Made by a program: the position numbers and the translations under genes
Part shown: one piece after another, positions 8,756 through 17,794 of the stretch
Layout: every line of letters begins with the position of its first letter
How positions within the stretch are numbered: position 1 is the first letter of the stretch
Notes under the pieces: generated by a model
Seen by the model: only the letters and a program-made list of their open reading frames with translations
Told to the model about the DNA's origin: nothing
The model's database searches: none
Origin: Patescibacteria group bacterium
Lineage (GTDB): Bacteria > Patescibacteriota > Microgenomatia > PFEM01 > JAHIFH01
Direction: 5' to 3'
Assembly: GCA_035529375.1 (NCBI GenBank)
Contig: DATKWU010000009.1
Coordinates: forward strand, 93,848 to 157,847
DNA length: 64,000 bases

Positions 8756-10585
8756 TTACCGATAACCCTTTGCTTGAAGTTCAAAGAGTTGGGCATATCT
8801 CCCACCTAATTTTATTAACTCATCGTGATTCCCGCTTTCTATTATCTTTCCATTATCTATCACGTAGATCTTATCCGCTCTTCTGACAGTTGAGAATCGA
8901 TGAGAAATGAGAAAAAGAATTTTCTCTTTCGAGTAATTAATAATCTCTTCAAAAATCTCTTCTTCTGCCTTTGGATCGACATGAGAAGTTGGCTCATCCA
9001 AAATAACTACTCGGGCATCTTTCAAAAAGATTCTGGCTAAACCAATCCGTTGCCATTGCCCCATAGATGGTCGGATTCCTTTTTCAAACTGAGGATCTAG
9101 AGGATTTTGATATTTCAATCTCAAAGATTCAATGTAGTCATCAATTTTTGCTCTTTTGGCTGCCTTTTTAATCAAATTACTTTTATTAATCTTAGTAATA
9201 TCGCCATAACCAATACTCTCTTTGGCTGAAAAAGGATAAACTTCAAAATCCTGAAAAAGAACTGACAAATTTTTCCAAAAATCTTCAACCGAATACTTTT
9301 CAAGTTCAACTCCATTTAAAAGTATTTTTCCTTTCTGAGGATCATAAAAGCGGCAAATAAGTTTAACTATCGTCGACTTGCCTGCCCCATTTTCTCCAAC
9401 AATCGCCACGTTTTCTTGAGGATTAATTCCCAAATTAACATTTTTTAAAACCCAAGGGCTATTATTGCTGTAGCGAAACCAAACATTCCTAAATTCAATC
9501 CCCTGGCTAATTTCTCGAGGAAATTTTTTTCCTTTCCTGTCCAACGCCAATTTTGGCTTAAGAGAGAGTAGCCAAACAAGATCAGTAACGTACAAATAAT
9601 TTTCATAAAGTTCAAAAAAGTTCTTTACCAACCCAGTAAGATTTTGTCGAAAAGTATTAATTGCCCGAAGAATCATTTCGGCTGAACCCACAGTTAACTT
9701 CTTGGCAAAAACAAAAAAGGCGACGTAGATACTAAAAATCAAAAGAAATATATTTTGAGGAATTGAGGCAGTAATCTTCCAAAAGGTCTTTCTTTTCTCA
9801 AGATTAAGTCTGCCAGAAAAAATTTGATTATAAATTTTCATCATTCTTTTAGAAAAAGGCCTGGCTAATTTTAGAAGTTTAATTTCAAGAATATTTCTTG
9901 GTACTAAAAGATAATGTTCAAGCCAGGAACTAATACGATAGAGTGGCATTATCTTATTTCTAAATCGATAATCCTCTTTAACAAACTTGGCATCAATCCA
10001 AAAAACAGGCACTGAAAGAAAAAGAATGATTAAAGTTACCAATGGATTAAAAGAAAAAATAATTACGATAGTTGAAAGAAGTCCCGCTAAAACCATCGGT
10101 GTACTCGCAATTGGCCAAATCATTCCCCAGGCCCGTGTCGAGCTTTCTCGTCTAATCTTCGAGATTTTGTCTTGAAATTCGGGATCATCAATTAAAGAAA
10201 CATCAAGCTCAACGTGTTTTTTGGCAATCAGAGAAAGTAAATAAACTGATAAAATTTCCGACATCATTCTTCGGAGGAACTCTCCTGTTCTGTAGAAAAT
10301 ATCCTGGCCAATTCCTACAATAAATCTCAAAAACAAAATTAGAATTACTATTTTGCCTGATGTTCCCCAAAAATCGGTACCAATACTATTGATTAGGCCA
10401 TCAATGAAAGCCTTTTCTAATCTCAAAGTTGGATAAGTCAAAATACCAACAACAGTATTGGTAAGAAGGGTTAATAACAGAAGTCTAGGACTGATTTGCC
10501 AAGATAATTTTATAACCTGAGAAAAAACAAAAAAAACTTGACCAAGACGACTCTCTTGAAGTTTAGGTAAAGAAACTCTTCTCAT
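8756..10585 (-). CDS. ABC exporter with fused permease and ATP-binding domains
   Basis: 609 aa. An N-terminal domain with six TM helices followed by an NBD with Walker A GENGAGKST and Walker B VVILDEPTSHVD. The signature motif is degenerate (PSMGQWQRIGLAR). Confidence 0.8.
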   Translation of the reverse strand: MRRVSLPKLQESRLGQVFFVFSQVIKLSWQISPRLLLLTLLTNTVVGILTYPTLRLEKAFIDGLINSIGTDFWGTSGKIVILILFLRFIVGIGQDIFYRTGEFLRRMMSEILSVYLLSLIAKKHVELDVSLIDDPEFQDKISKIRRESSTRAWGMIWPIASTPMVLAGLLSTIVIIFSFNPLVTLIILFLSVPVFWIDAKFVKEDYRFRNKIMPLYRISSWLEHYLLVPRNILEIKLLKLARPFSKRMMKIYNQIFSGRLNLEKRKTFWKITASIPQNIFLLIFSIYVAFFVFAKKLTVGSAEMILRAINTFRQNLTGLVKNFFELYENYLYVTDLVWLLSLKPKLALDRKGKKFPREISQGIEFRNVWFRYSNNSPWVLKNVNLGINPQENVAIVGENGAGKSTIVKLICRFYDPQKGKILLNGVELEKYSVEDFWKNLSVLFQDFEVYPFSAKESIGYGDITKINKSNLIKKAAKRAKIDDYIESLRLKYQNPLDPQFEKGIRPSMGQWQRIGLARIFLKDARVVILDEPTSHVDPKAEEEIFEEIINYSKEKILFLISHRFSTVRRADKIYVIDNGKIIESGNHDELIKLGGRYAQLFELQAKGYR

Positions 10586-11826
10586 TTATTTTTAGGAGAA
10601 ATTTTCTTAAAGCCAGTATATTTCTGAAGAACCTTAGGAATTATTACTGAACCATCTCTTTGCTGATAGTTTTCGAGAATCGCTAAAATCATTCTGCCAA
10701 TCGCAAAAGCGGTCCCATTAAGAGTGTGAACAAAGTCTGTTTTACTTCCTTCTCGATATCTAATATTCAATCTTTTGGCTTGGTAGTCGGTACAAGTCGA
10801 AGTTGAGTGGGTTTCTCGATATCTTTTCTCGGCCGGAAACCAACAGTTAACATCATACTTTCTCACTTGGGGATGAGCCAAATCACCAGCGCACATTTTG
10901 GTAATTTGGTAAGGAATTTCTAAAGCCCGAACCAGTTTTTCTTCTAAAGATAATAAATAATCATTTTCTTTTTTGTCGCCATCTTTTTGGGGTTTAATAA
11001 AAGAAAACATCTCCATTTTGTCAAATTGATGAACCCGAAAAATGCCTTTGGTATCCTTTCCATAAGTGCCGGCCTCTCTTCGCAAACAAGTCGAAAAACC
11101 AAGATAACGAAGAGGGAGATTTTTAGCCTCAAGAATTTCATTGGCATGGATTGGTCCGAGTGACTGTTCGGCCGTACCAATCAGATAAAGTTTGTCTTCT
11201 TTAAGATGATAGGTTTGATCTTCACCCCCATGCTCCAGATAACCCATTCCTTTCATCATTTCGTCCTTAATCATGATTGGCGGAACAACAGGAATAAAAC
11301 CTTCCTTAACTAAAACTTCTAAGGCCAATTGAACCAAAGCAAATTCTAGTTGAACCGCTTCATTCTTCAAATAACCAAACCTTGTGCCGGAAACCTTACT
11401 GGCGGTTTTAATGTCAATCAGATCTAATTGTCCACCTAATTGCTGATAGTCTTTGGGTTTAAAACTAAATTTCTTTAGCTTTCCCCATTTTCTGACTTCA
11501 ACATTTTCTGACTCGTCCTTACCTTCAGGAACATCATCGGCCGGCAGATTAGGAATTTCCATGAGAAGATTCTTAAATTCTTCTTCAACCGCCCGAAGAT
11601 CAGGTTCTAACCTTCGGAGCATCTCCTTAATTCTCTTGCCTTTTTCTTTTTCACTCTTTTTCAACTTATTTCTGGCTTGGCGCCACTTGTCGACTTCGGC
11701 CATTAATTGCCTTCGGGTTTCATCTACCTTTAAAACCCGATCAATAATTTTCGCGTCATAGCCTTTTTTCTTGATTCCTTGTTTAACTTTTTCTGGATTT
11801 TCTTTAATGAAATTAATATCTAGCAT
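10582..11826 (-). CDS. serS: Seryl-tRNA synthetase
   Basis: 414 aa. N-terminal coiled-coil arm and a class II core (FRVHQFDKME, GRMILAILENYQ). Confidence 0.9.
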   Translation of the reverse strand: MLDINFIKENPEKVKQGIKKKGYDAKIIDRVLKVDETRRQLMAEVDKWRQARNKLKKSEKEKGKRIKEMLRRLEPDLRAVEEEFKNLLMEIPNLPADDVPEGKDESENVEVRKWGKLKKFSFKPKDYQQLGGQLDLIDIKTASKVSGTRFGYLKNEAVQLEFALVQLALEVLVKEGFIPVVPPIMIKDEMMKGMGYLEHGGEDQTYHLKEDKLYLIGTAEQSLGPIHANEILEAKNLPLRYLGFSTCLRREAGTYGKDTKGIFRVHQFDKMEMFSFIKPQKDGDKKENDYLLSLEEKLVRALEIPYQITKMCAGDLAHPQVRKYDVNCWFPAEKRYRETHSTSTCTDYQAKRLNIRYREGSKTDFVHTLNGTAFAIGRMILAILENYQQRDGSVIIPKVLQKYTGFKKISPKNK

Positions 11827-11827
11827 T

Positions 11828-12394
11828 TTAGAGTCCTAAGTCTTGGTTAATCCCTTGCATCGCTCCTAAAGCAATTTTAACAAATTCTTCTAAGGAAATG
11901 TTGAGTTTTTCCTGACACAGCTTGATTTGTTCTCGGTCAACGGCCGCCGCAAAAGATTTGTCTTTCATCTTTTTTAAAACTGATTCCGGTTTGACGCTAG
12001 TAATTTTTTTATCCGGCATCATCAAAGTCGTAGCCACAATCAAACCGGTTAATTCATCACAACAATAAAGAGCCCATTCCATTTTAGTCTGGGGTTTATT
12101 CTTGCCGGTCATCTCGGCATTATGAGACAAAATCGCCTGCAGGATTTCTTCATCAGTTTCACCGGCCTCTTGAAGCCATTGAAACATTAAAAGAGTGTGT
12201 TCTTTTGGTTGGTCCTTGGTTTTTTCGTAATCACCATCATGAAGGAGACCAACCAAACCCCATTTTTCTTGATCGCCATCAAGTTTTTTGGCTAAGGCCC
12301 TCATAACCGCTTCAACGGCATAGCAATGACGCCGCAGATTTTGATTCTCCATGTTTTGCTGAAGAATTTTTAGGGCGGCTTCTCTAATTATCAT
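11828..12394 (-). CDS. HD-domain phosphohydrolase
   Basis: 188 aa. H..HD metal-binding pattern (HCYAVE...GLLHDGDYE). Confidence 0.7.
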   Translation of the reverse strand: MIIREAALKILQQNMENQNLRRHCYAVEAVMRALAKKLDGDQEKWGLVGLLHDGDYEKTKDQPKEHTLLMFQWLQEAGETDEEILQAILSHNAEMTGKNKPQTKMEWALYCCDELTGLIVATTLMMPDKKITSVKPESVLKKMKDKSFAAAVDREQIKLCQEKLNISLEEFVKIALGAMQGINQDLGL

Positions 12395-13872
12395 TGTTTC
12401 TTTCTTTCTGGACGAAGGGTGGGAAATAAAATGACGTCACGAATATTTTGATTATTAGTCATCAACATCACCATCCGGTCAATTCCTAAACCCAAACCGC
12501 CGGTCGGTGGCATCCCATACTCCATGGCCTCAATATAGGGTTGGTCCATGGGATGGGCTTCTTTGTCTCCAGATTTAGCCGCTTTAACCTGTTCTTCAAA
12601 AAACTCTTTTTGGATTAAGGGATTATTCAATTCACTGTAAGCATTGCCTAACTCGAAACCGGCGGTGTAAGGTTCAAATCTCTCAATGATAGTTGGCTCA
12701 TCTTCTTTTTGCTTACTCAGAGCTGAAGTTTCCCTGGGAAAATCATAAACAAAAGTGGGCTGGATGAGATAAGGTTCCACTAATTCAAAAAGAGTAGCAA
12801 TCGCCACCCCGCGATTAAAACCAGCTGCTACACCGCTTAGAGTTGGTTTTTCTTCTACTTCCAGATTATGCTTTTCTAGTAATTTTTTTATCTCTTGATC
12901 AGACAGTTTGTCGACATCAATCTTGGCATATTCTTTTAAGCCTTCTTTCATTGTCATTCTTTTCCAGGGCGTTTTAAAATCGATGAGGTTCTCACCAAAT
13001 TTGACTTTAGTGGTCCCCAAAACTTTGCGGGCCACAAAAGCATAAAGCTCTTCTGTTAATTTCATGATGTCATGGTAATCAGCATAGGCCCAATAACATT
13101 CCATTTGGGTAAACTCGGGATTATGGATCCGGTCAATGCCTTCGTTTCTAAAATCCTTATCAATTTCATAAACTTTTTCAAAACCGCTAACAATCAAGCG
13201 CTTGAGATAAAGCTCATCTGAAATCTTCAGATAAAAATCATGATCTAGAGTATGATGACGAGTTTTAAAGGGTCGAGCCGTAGCTCCACCATAAATCGGT
13301 TGAAGGGTTGGGGTCTCGACCTCAACAAAACCTTCTTTGTCTAAAAATTCTCTGACCGCCGTCGTAATCTTGGCCCTCATCTCAAAAGTTTTCTTGACCT
13401 GAGGATTCATGATTAAATCCAGATACCTTTTTCGATATCTTTCCTCAACATCTTTTAAACCATGCCATTTTGAAGGTAACGAACGAATTGATTTGGTTAA
13501 TAAATGAAAATCCTCTACAGCAACAGAAGTTTCGCCAGCATCAGTCTTAAAAACCTTTCCTTGAACATCAATAAAATCACCAATATCTAAAAGACTTAAA
13601 AGTTCTGCTTTTTTCCCTTTTATCTTTTCTGATTTAAAAACTAATTGGATTTTGGCTGATTCATCTTGAAGATCAAAAAACTGAATACCACCATGACCCC
13701 GAACAGACATCACTCTCCCGGCCACGGCTACTTTTTTGCTCATCATCTTTAAAGACTGGGCAACTGTTTGTTCTCTTTGACAACGAGCCGGATAAGGGTT
13801 GATTCCTAATTTTTTAATTGCTTCTAATTTTTGGAGACGAATTTTTCTTAATTCTTCAAGAGGTTTAGCCAT
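12391..13872 (-). CDS. lysS: Lysyl-tRNA synthetase, class II
   Basis: 493 aa. N-terminal OB anticodon-binding domain plus class II motifs (FRNEGID, GGLGLGIDRMVM). Confidence 0.9.
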   Translation of the reverse strand: MAKPLEELRKIRLQKLEAIKKLGINPYPARCQREQTVAQSLKMMSKKVAVAGRVMSVRGHGGIQFFDLQDESAKIQLVFKSEKIKGKKAELLSLLDIGDFIDVQGKVFKTDAGETSVAVEDFHLLTKSIRSLPSKWHGLKDVEERYRKRYLDLIMNPQVKKTFEMRAKITTAVREFLDKEGFVEVETPTLQPIYGGATARPFKTRHHTLDHDFYLKISDELYLKRLIVSGFEKVYEIDKDFRNEGIDRIHNPEFTQMECYWAYADYHDIMKLTEELYAFVARKVLGTTKVKFGENLIDFKTPWKRMTMKEGLKEYAKIDVDKLSDQEIKKLLEKHNLEVEEKPTLSGVAAGFNRGVAIATLFELVEPYLIQPTFVYDFPRETSALSKQKEDEPTIIERFEPYTAGFELGNAYSELNNPLIQKEFFEEQVKAAKSGDKEAHPMDQPYIEAMEYGMPPTGGLGLGIDRMVMLMTNNQNIRDVILFPTLRPERKKQ

Positions 13873-13907
13873 CTTGGCTTAGAGTGTATCATAAAAGAAG
13901 ATGAGGC

Positions 13908-14381
13908 TCAATTAATTCCTTTGATCGTGTAAATAATCTTTCCAGCCGGAGCTTCAACTTCTATCTTGTCGCCGACTTGTCTACCTAGGAGTGACTGACC
14001 TAGAGGTGACTTATGAGAGATTCTCATTGAAGCCGGATCAGCTTCCCATTCACCCACTAGATGAAAAGATTGATTCTTGCCATTAAACTCAACGGTTACC
14101 TTACAACCCAAATTAACTTTATCTGACCCTCCGTCTTTTTGATTAATAATTTGGGCATTATTAATTACCTCTCCCAGCTCACTGATTTTTCCATCAATAA
14201 AAGCCAGGTTCTGTTTGGCCTGAATATGTTCATTATCTTCAGTCAGATCACCAATCGTTCTGGTCTCGGCCACTCTTTGAACCGCTTCCAGTCTCTTGGT
14301 ATTAACCAATTCACCGTATTCTTTTTTAATTCCCTCTAGACCTTCTTTGGTGATGGGAATTTTATTTTGATTATTGTCCAT
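13908..14381 (-). CDS. greA: Transcription elongation factor GreA
   Basis: 157 aa. Coiled-coil N-terminal domain and FKBP-like C-terminal domain, typical GreA length. Confidence 0.9.
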   Translation of the reverse strand: MDNNQNKIPITKEGLEGIKKEYGELVNTKRLEAVQRVAETRTIGDLTEDNEHIQAKQNLAFIDGKISELGEVINNAQIINQKDGGSDKVNLGCKVTVEFNGKNQSFHLVGEWEADPASMRISHKSPLGQSLLGRQVGDKIEVEAPAGKIIYTIKGIN

Positions 14382-14510
14382 ATAATTCAGAAACTTCCTT
14401 ATTTTTAATTAATTTAGGGCACCGGCAGTTGGAGATTCAACGTCTCTGATAATAAAGTATTTTAGCATTATCTGTCAACAGGCCTATAGAGAAGAGATGA
14501 GGCAATTTCG

Positions 14511-14585
14511 GTGACCCCATGGGGATTTGAACCCCAGTTTCCAGGATGAGAACCTGATGTCCTAGGCCACTAGACGATGGGGCCA
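14511..14585 (-). tRNA. tRNA-Glu (anticodon CUC)
   Basis: Reverse complement reads GGCCCCATCGTCTAGTGGCCTAGGACATCAGGTTCTCATCCTGGAAACTGGGGTTCAAATCCCCATGGGGTCACC. Cloverleaf: 7-bp acceptor stem, D arm, anticodon stem TCAGG/CCTGG with loop TTCTCAT, T arm TGGGG-TTCAAAT-CCCCA. CCA is not fully encoded. Confidence 0.8.
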
Positions 14586-14640
14586 GACAAACCTAATTTT
14601 AGCTTAAAATAAGAAGAAAAACAAGAAATTCAAAACAACA

Positions 14641-14668
14641 AAAAACCCACCTTTTCGGTGAGTTCTTT
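14641..14668 (-). terminator. Rho-independent terminator (minus-strand transcript)
   Basis: The minus strand reads CACCGAAAAGGTG followed by GGTTTTTTGTTGTTTTG: a short GC stem plus a U-run. It sits between the GC-rich island and tRNA-Glu. Confidence 0.45.
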
Positions 14669-14714
14669 GTTAGTAAGGAAACGCAACGTCTGAATGAGAA
14701 ATAAGATAGATGGG

Positions 14715-14738
14715 GAGAGACTCCGGAGAGTCTCTCCT
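14715..14738. other. Perfect 10-bp inverted repeat (stem-loop)
   Basis: GGAGAGACTC-CGGA-GAGTCTCTCC. 10-bp stem, 4-nt loop, no adjacent U-run. Confidence 0.6.
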
Positions 14739-14799
14739 TCCGACGAAAGTATCACACAGCACTACAAAGTGAGGAGGTATTCTTTTTTTTCTAGATCGT

Positions 14800-15070
14800 C
14801 TTAGGTGAAAATCTCCTCCTTTCTCACTGCGAAAGATCTTCCGGAAACAACCAGTCCTACTTCACTCGTCCGTTGCCAGGGCCAGGCGCCGCCTATGGCT
14901 CGTTGTGCGGCGTGTGCCCGGGGACGGAGGCGTCCACGTCCACGATGCTGCGGCTTGATGTTACAGCAATCAACGTCGTCACGACACAGGGAGATCCACG
15001 ACACATACTCATCTTGCTTCTCCTACCTCTTCTCTGTTCTGTGCCAGTGAGAGATCTGACAAAAAATACC
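14800..15070 (-). ncRNA. Candidate structured ncRNA of unknown class (GC-rich island)
   Basis: About 65% GC over 14870-15000, in a genome of about 38% GC. Multiple local hairpins (GGACG-GAGG-CGTCC, GTCGT-C-ACGAC, TTGAT...ATCAA). The overlapping ORFs on both strands give Arg/Gly/Pro-rich nonsense. It sits between lon and a terminator plus tRNA-Glu on the minus strand. The strand assignment is tentative. Confidence 0.3.
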
Positions 15071-15290
15071 CTTTCTTCCTCCTTTCTTCTCTCATTAATA
15101 GCGAACGGCAAGCTGGATACAACCTTGATTATACCCAATCTGCCACTCACTATTCTTTTGAGAAAGAAAGTTAGAACGTCACGTTTCCTTTTTTAAAGTA
15201 CTGCCTTTTATCTTTTTTTTCTGCTTTTTTAGAAAAAGGATTATAGGCTGTTTCTAGTATAAAATATTTGTTTCTGTTTGTCAAGAAATT

Positions 15291-17729
15291 TCAAGAAGCA
15301 AGAGAAACCGTTCGAGAAGGGATGTTTCTGGTAATTTTTTTAGGTCTTTTTCTGGTTGTTTTGGTCTTTAAAACAATTCCCAAAACCTCATCCATATGTT
15401 CAGCAAATTTAAACTTAATATCTTTCTTGACTTTAGTAGGAATTTCTTCTAAATCCTTTTTATTGTCTTTGGGAAGAACGACTGTCTTTAAACCAGCTCG
15501 ATGAGCGGCAATGACTTTTTCTTTAATACCGCCGACTTCTAAAACCCGACCTCTTAAAGTAATCTCACCGGTCATCCCTACATCTCGCCTTACCGGAATC
15601 TTAGTAAAGGCGGAAACTAAGGCCGCCGTAATCGCCACCCCGGCTGAAGGTCCATCTTTAGGCACCGCCCCTTCGGGAATATGAACATGGGTATCAATTT
15701 CTTTGTAAAAATCTTCTCTTAACTGCAAAGGCTGCCAGCGACTCCTGACATAAGAAAGAGCGGCCTTACCAGATTCTTTCATTACCTTGCCTAGTTTTCC
15801 AGTCAAGAGCAATCTGCCTTTACCCGGCATCAGGGCCACTTCAATTAAAATAATATCGCCGCCTGCTTGGGTATAAGCCAAACCAGTGGCCATTCCAATT
15901 TGATCTTCTTTTTCAATCATTGTTTCTGAATATTTTCTGGGTCCAAGATGTTTGACTACATCCGCTTTAATGACTGTTCCTTTAACTCTTTTCTTTTCCG
16001 CTTCTTTGCGAGCAATTTTCCGGCAAATGGTGGCCAGGTTTCGCTCTAATTCTCGGACACCCGCTTCCCGAGTATAACGATTAATCACTTCACTAAGGGC
16101 GCTATCAGCAAGCTTGATTTTCTTTTTATCCAGACCATTAGCTCTTAATTGTTTTTGCCAAAGGAATTTTTTGGCAATATTGAATTTTTCCTCTTCGGTA
16201 TAACCTGGAAAGCGAATAATTTCCATTCTGTCTCTAAGAGCTGGTGGAATCGTGTCTAAAATATTACCGGTAGTAATAAACATTACTTTGGAAAGATCAA
16301 AGGGCACTTCCAAATAATTGTCCGAGAATTCATAGTTCTGCTCTGGATCAAGAGCTTCTAACAAAGCGGCTGAAGGATCGCCCCGAAAGTCAATCCCGAC
16401 TTTATCAATTTCATCTAACATGAAGACAGGATTATTGGTGCTCGCGTTCTTAATACCTTGAATAATCCGTCCGGGCATGGCCCCAACATAAGTCCGGCGA
16501 TGACCCCGAATTTCGGCCTCATCCCGAGTCCCACCCAAAGACATTCGAACAAACTTTCTTCCTAAGGATCGAGCAATTGATCTACCGATTGAAGTTTTGC
16601 CGACTCCAGGTGGCCCAATGAAACAAAGAATCGTTGGTCCCCCAATCTCTTCTTCCTTTTTTCTGCCTTTTTTGGGATGTTTTTTATTCTTTTCCTTTAA
16701 CTTCATCACCGCCAAATATTCGACTACCCTCTCTTTAGCTTTTTTCAAACCATAATGATCTTCTTCCAAAACTTTAGCCGCTTTGGTAATCGAGTGTTTA
16801 TTAGGCGAAGATTTGGCCCAAGGCATTTCCGTTAACCAATCGAGATAAGTTCGGATATAGCCAACCTCTGGGTGATTAGGATTAAGTTTGCTTAAACGCT
16901 TCAGTTCTTGCTTGGCTTTTTCTTTGACCTCTTTAGGCATTTTCGCTTTTTTAATTTTCACTTCGTATTCCTTCATCTCCGTGTCTTCTTCACTAATCTC
17001 ACCTAATTCTTCTTCAATCGTTTTCTTCCTTTCCCTTAAAATCGCTTCCCGCATGGTTTTGTCAAACTTTTTCTGGGTTTTGGAAGCAATGGCTTTTTCC
17101 AAATCTAAAACTTTAATTTCGTGAGAAAGATATTCAGTCACCTTTTCCAAACGAAGCCGGACATCCGTCAACTCCAAAAGTTTTTGCTTTTTATCAGTTT
17201 CCAGATCAAGAACATAGGCCACTTGATCCGCCAATTCAGCCGGATTAACCCCGCTCATTAAGCGAATAATTACCCGGGCATCAACGGACTTACCCAGATT
17301 AATAGCTCTTTGAAAATCATTAAGAAGATTTTTATAGAGGGCTTTAACTTCACTAGAATCCTCCGCAATATCATTAACTTCAGAAACACTCCCAATCAAA
17401 AAAGGTTCTTTAGTTTGCAAAGACTCTAAACGTACCTTAACCAAGCCTCGGATTAAAGCATGCTTTAGTTTCTTGTCTTCAAGAACGTCTTCAATCCTAG
17501 CCACGGTCCCGATGCGATAAAGATCATCAATATCGGGATCATGGACTCGGGAATCTTTTTGAGTAAAAAGACAAATCAAGCGATTACTCTTAAAAGCGGC
17601 TTTGATCGCCGCTAATGATTTGGACCGGCCAAAAGTTAAAGTCATTTCGGCATGAGGAAAAATGACGCCTTGGCGAATGGCCACAACTGGAATAATTTTT
17701 TCTTGATTGTTATTAAATAAAACCGTCAT
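15291..17729 (-). CDS. lon: ATP-dependent Lon protease
   Basis: 812 aa. LON N-domain, AAA+ Walker A GPPGVGKTS, and a C-terminal Ser-Lys protease domain (PKDGPSAG). Confidence 0.95.
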   Translation of the reverse strand: MTVLFNNNQEKIIPVVAIRQGVIFPHAEMTLTFGRSKSLAAIKAAFKSNRLICLFTQKDSRVHDPDIDDLYRIGTVARIEDVLEDKKLKHALIRGLVKVRLESLQTKEPFLIGSVSEVNDIAEDSSEVKALYKNLLNDFQRAINLGKSVDARVIIRLMSGVNPAELADQVAYVLDLETDKKQKLLELTDVRLRLEKVTEYLSHEIKVLDLEKAIASKTQKKFDKTMREAILRERKKTIEEELGEISEEDTEMKEYEVKIKKAKMPKEVKEKAKQELKRLSKLNPNHPEVGYIRTYLDWLTEMPWAKSSPNKHSITKAAKVLEEDHYGLKKAKERVVEYLAVMKLKEKNKKHPKKGRKKEEEIGGPTILCFIGPPGVGKTSIGRSIARSLGRKFVRMSLGGTRDEAEIRGHRRTYVGAMPGRIIQGIKNASTNNPVFMLDEIDKVGIDFRGDPSAALLEALDPEQNYEFSDNYLEVPFDLSKVMFITTGNILDTIPPALRDRMEIIRFPGYTEEEKFNIAKKFLWQKQLRANGLDKKKIKLADSALSEVINRYTREAGVRELERNLATICRKIARKEAEKKRVKGTVIKADVVKHLGPRKYSETMIEKEDQIGMATGLAYTQAGGDIILIEVALMPGKGRLLLTGKLGKVMKESGKAALSYVRSRWQPLQLREDFYKEIDTHVHIPEGAVPKDGPSAGVAITAALVSAFTKIPVRRDVGMTGEITLRGRVLEVGGIKEKVIAAHRAGLKTVVLPKDNKKDLEEIPTKVKKDIKFKFAEHMDEVLGIVLKTKTTRKRPKKITRNIPSRTVSLAS

Positions 17730-17794
17730 CTTTAAAATTTACCTTTATCTTTAGCAATCTAACAAAAGGTCTGCTAAATGTCAACCCCTAAATT

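Noticed and set aside
14801-15196. Overlapping ORFs of 67 to 107 aa on both strands in the GC-rich island
   Set aside because: Their translations are Arg/Pro/Gly/Ala-rich and low-complexity, the GC content is wildly atypical for coding DNA in this genome, and the ORFs mutually overlap. They are better explained by a structured RNA or non-coding GC-rich DNA.
14640-15200. Assignment of the GC-rich island to RNase P RNA, tmRNA, SRP RNA or 6S RNA
   Set aside because: I searched by eye for the hallmark motifs and found none. The motifs were GGAAAGUCC and ACAGAACCCGGCUUA for RNase P, GGGG...UUCGAC plus a 3' T-arm and CCA for tmRNA, and GGAAGCAGC for SRP. The only T-arm-like GGTTCAAATCC belongs to tRNA-Glu. 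The class is left undetermined.
15268-15504. Small plus-strand ORFs antisense to lon, secA, the ABC exporter, serS, typA and others (for example 6132-6356, 9987-10175, 11453-11761, 16888-17124, 34865-35176)
   Set aside because: All lie entirely within, and antisense to, long well-supported housekeeping genes. None has an RBS or a recognisable motif. They are treated as noise.
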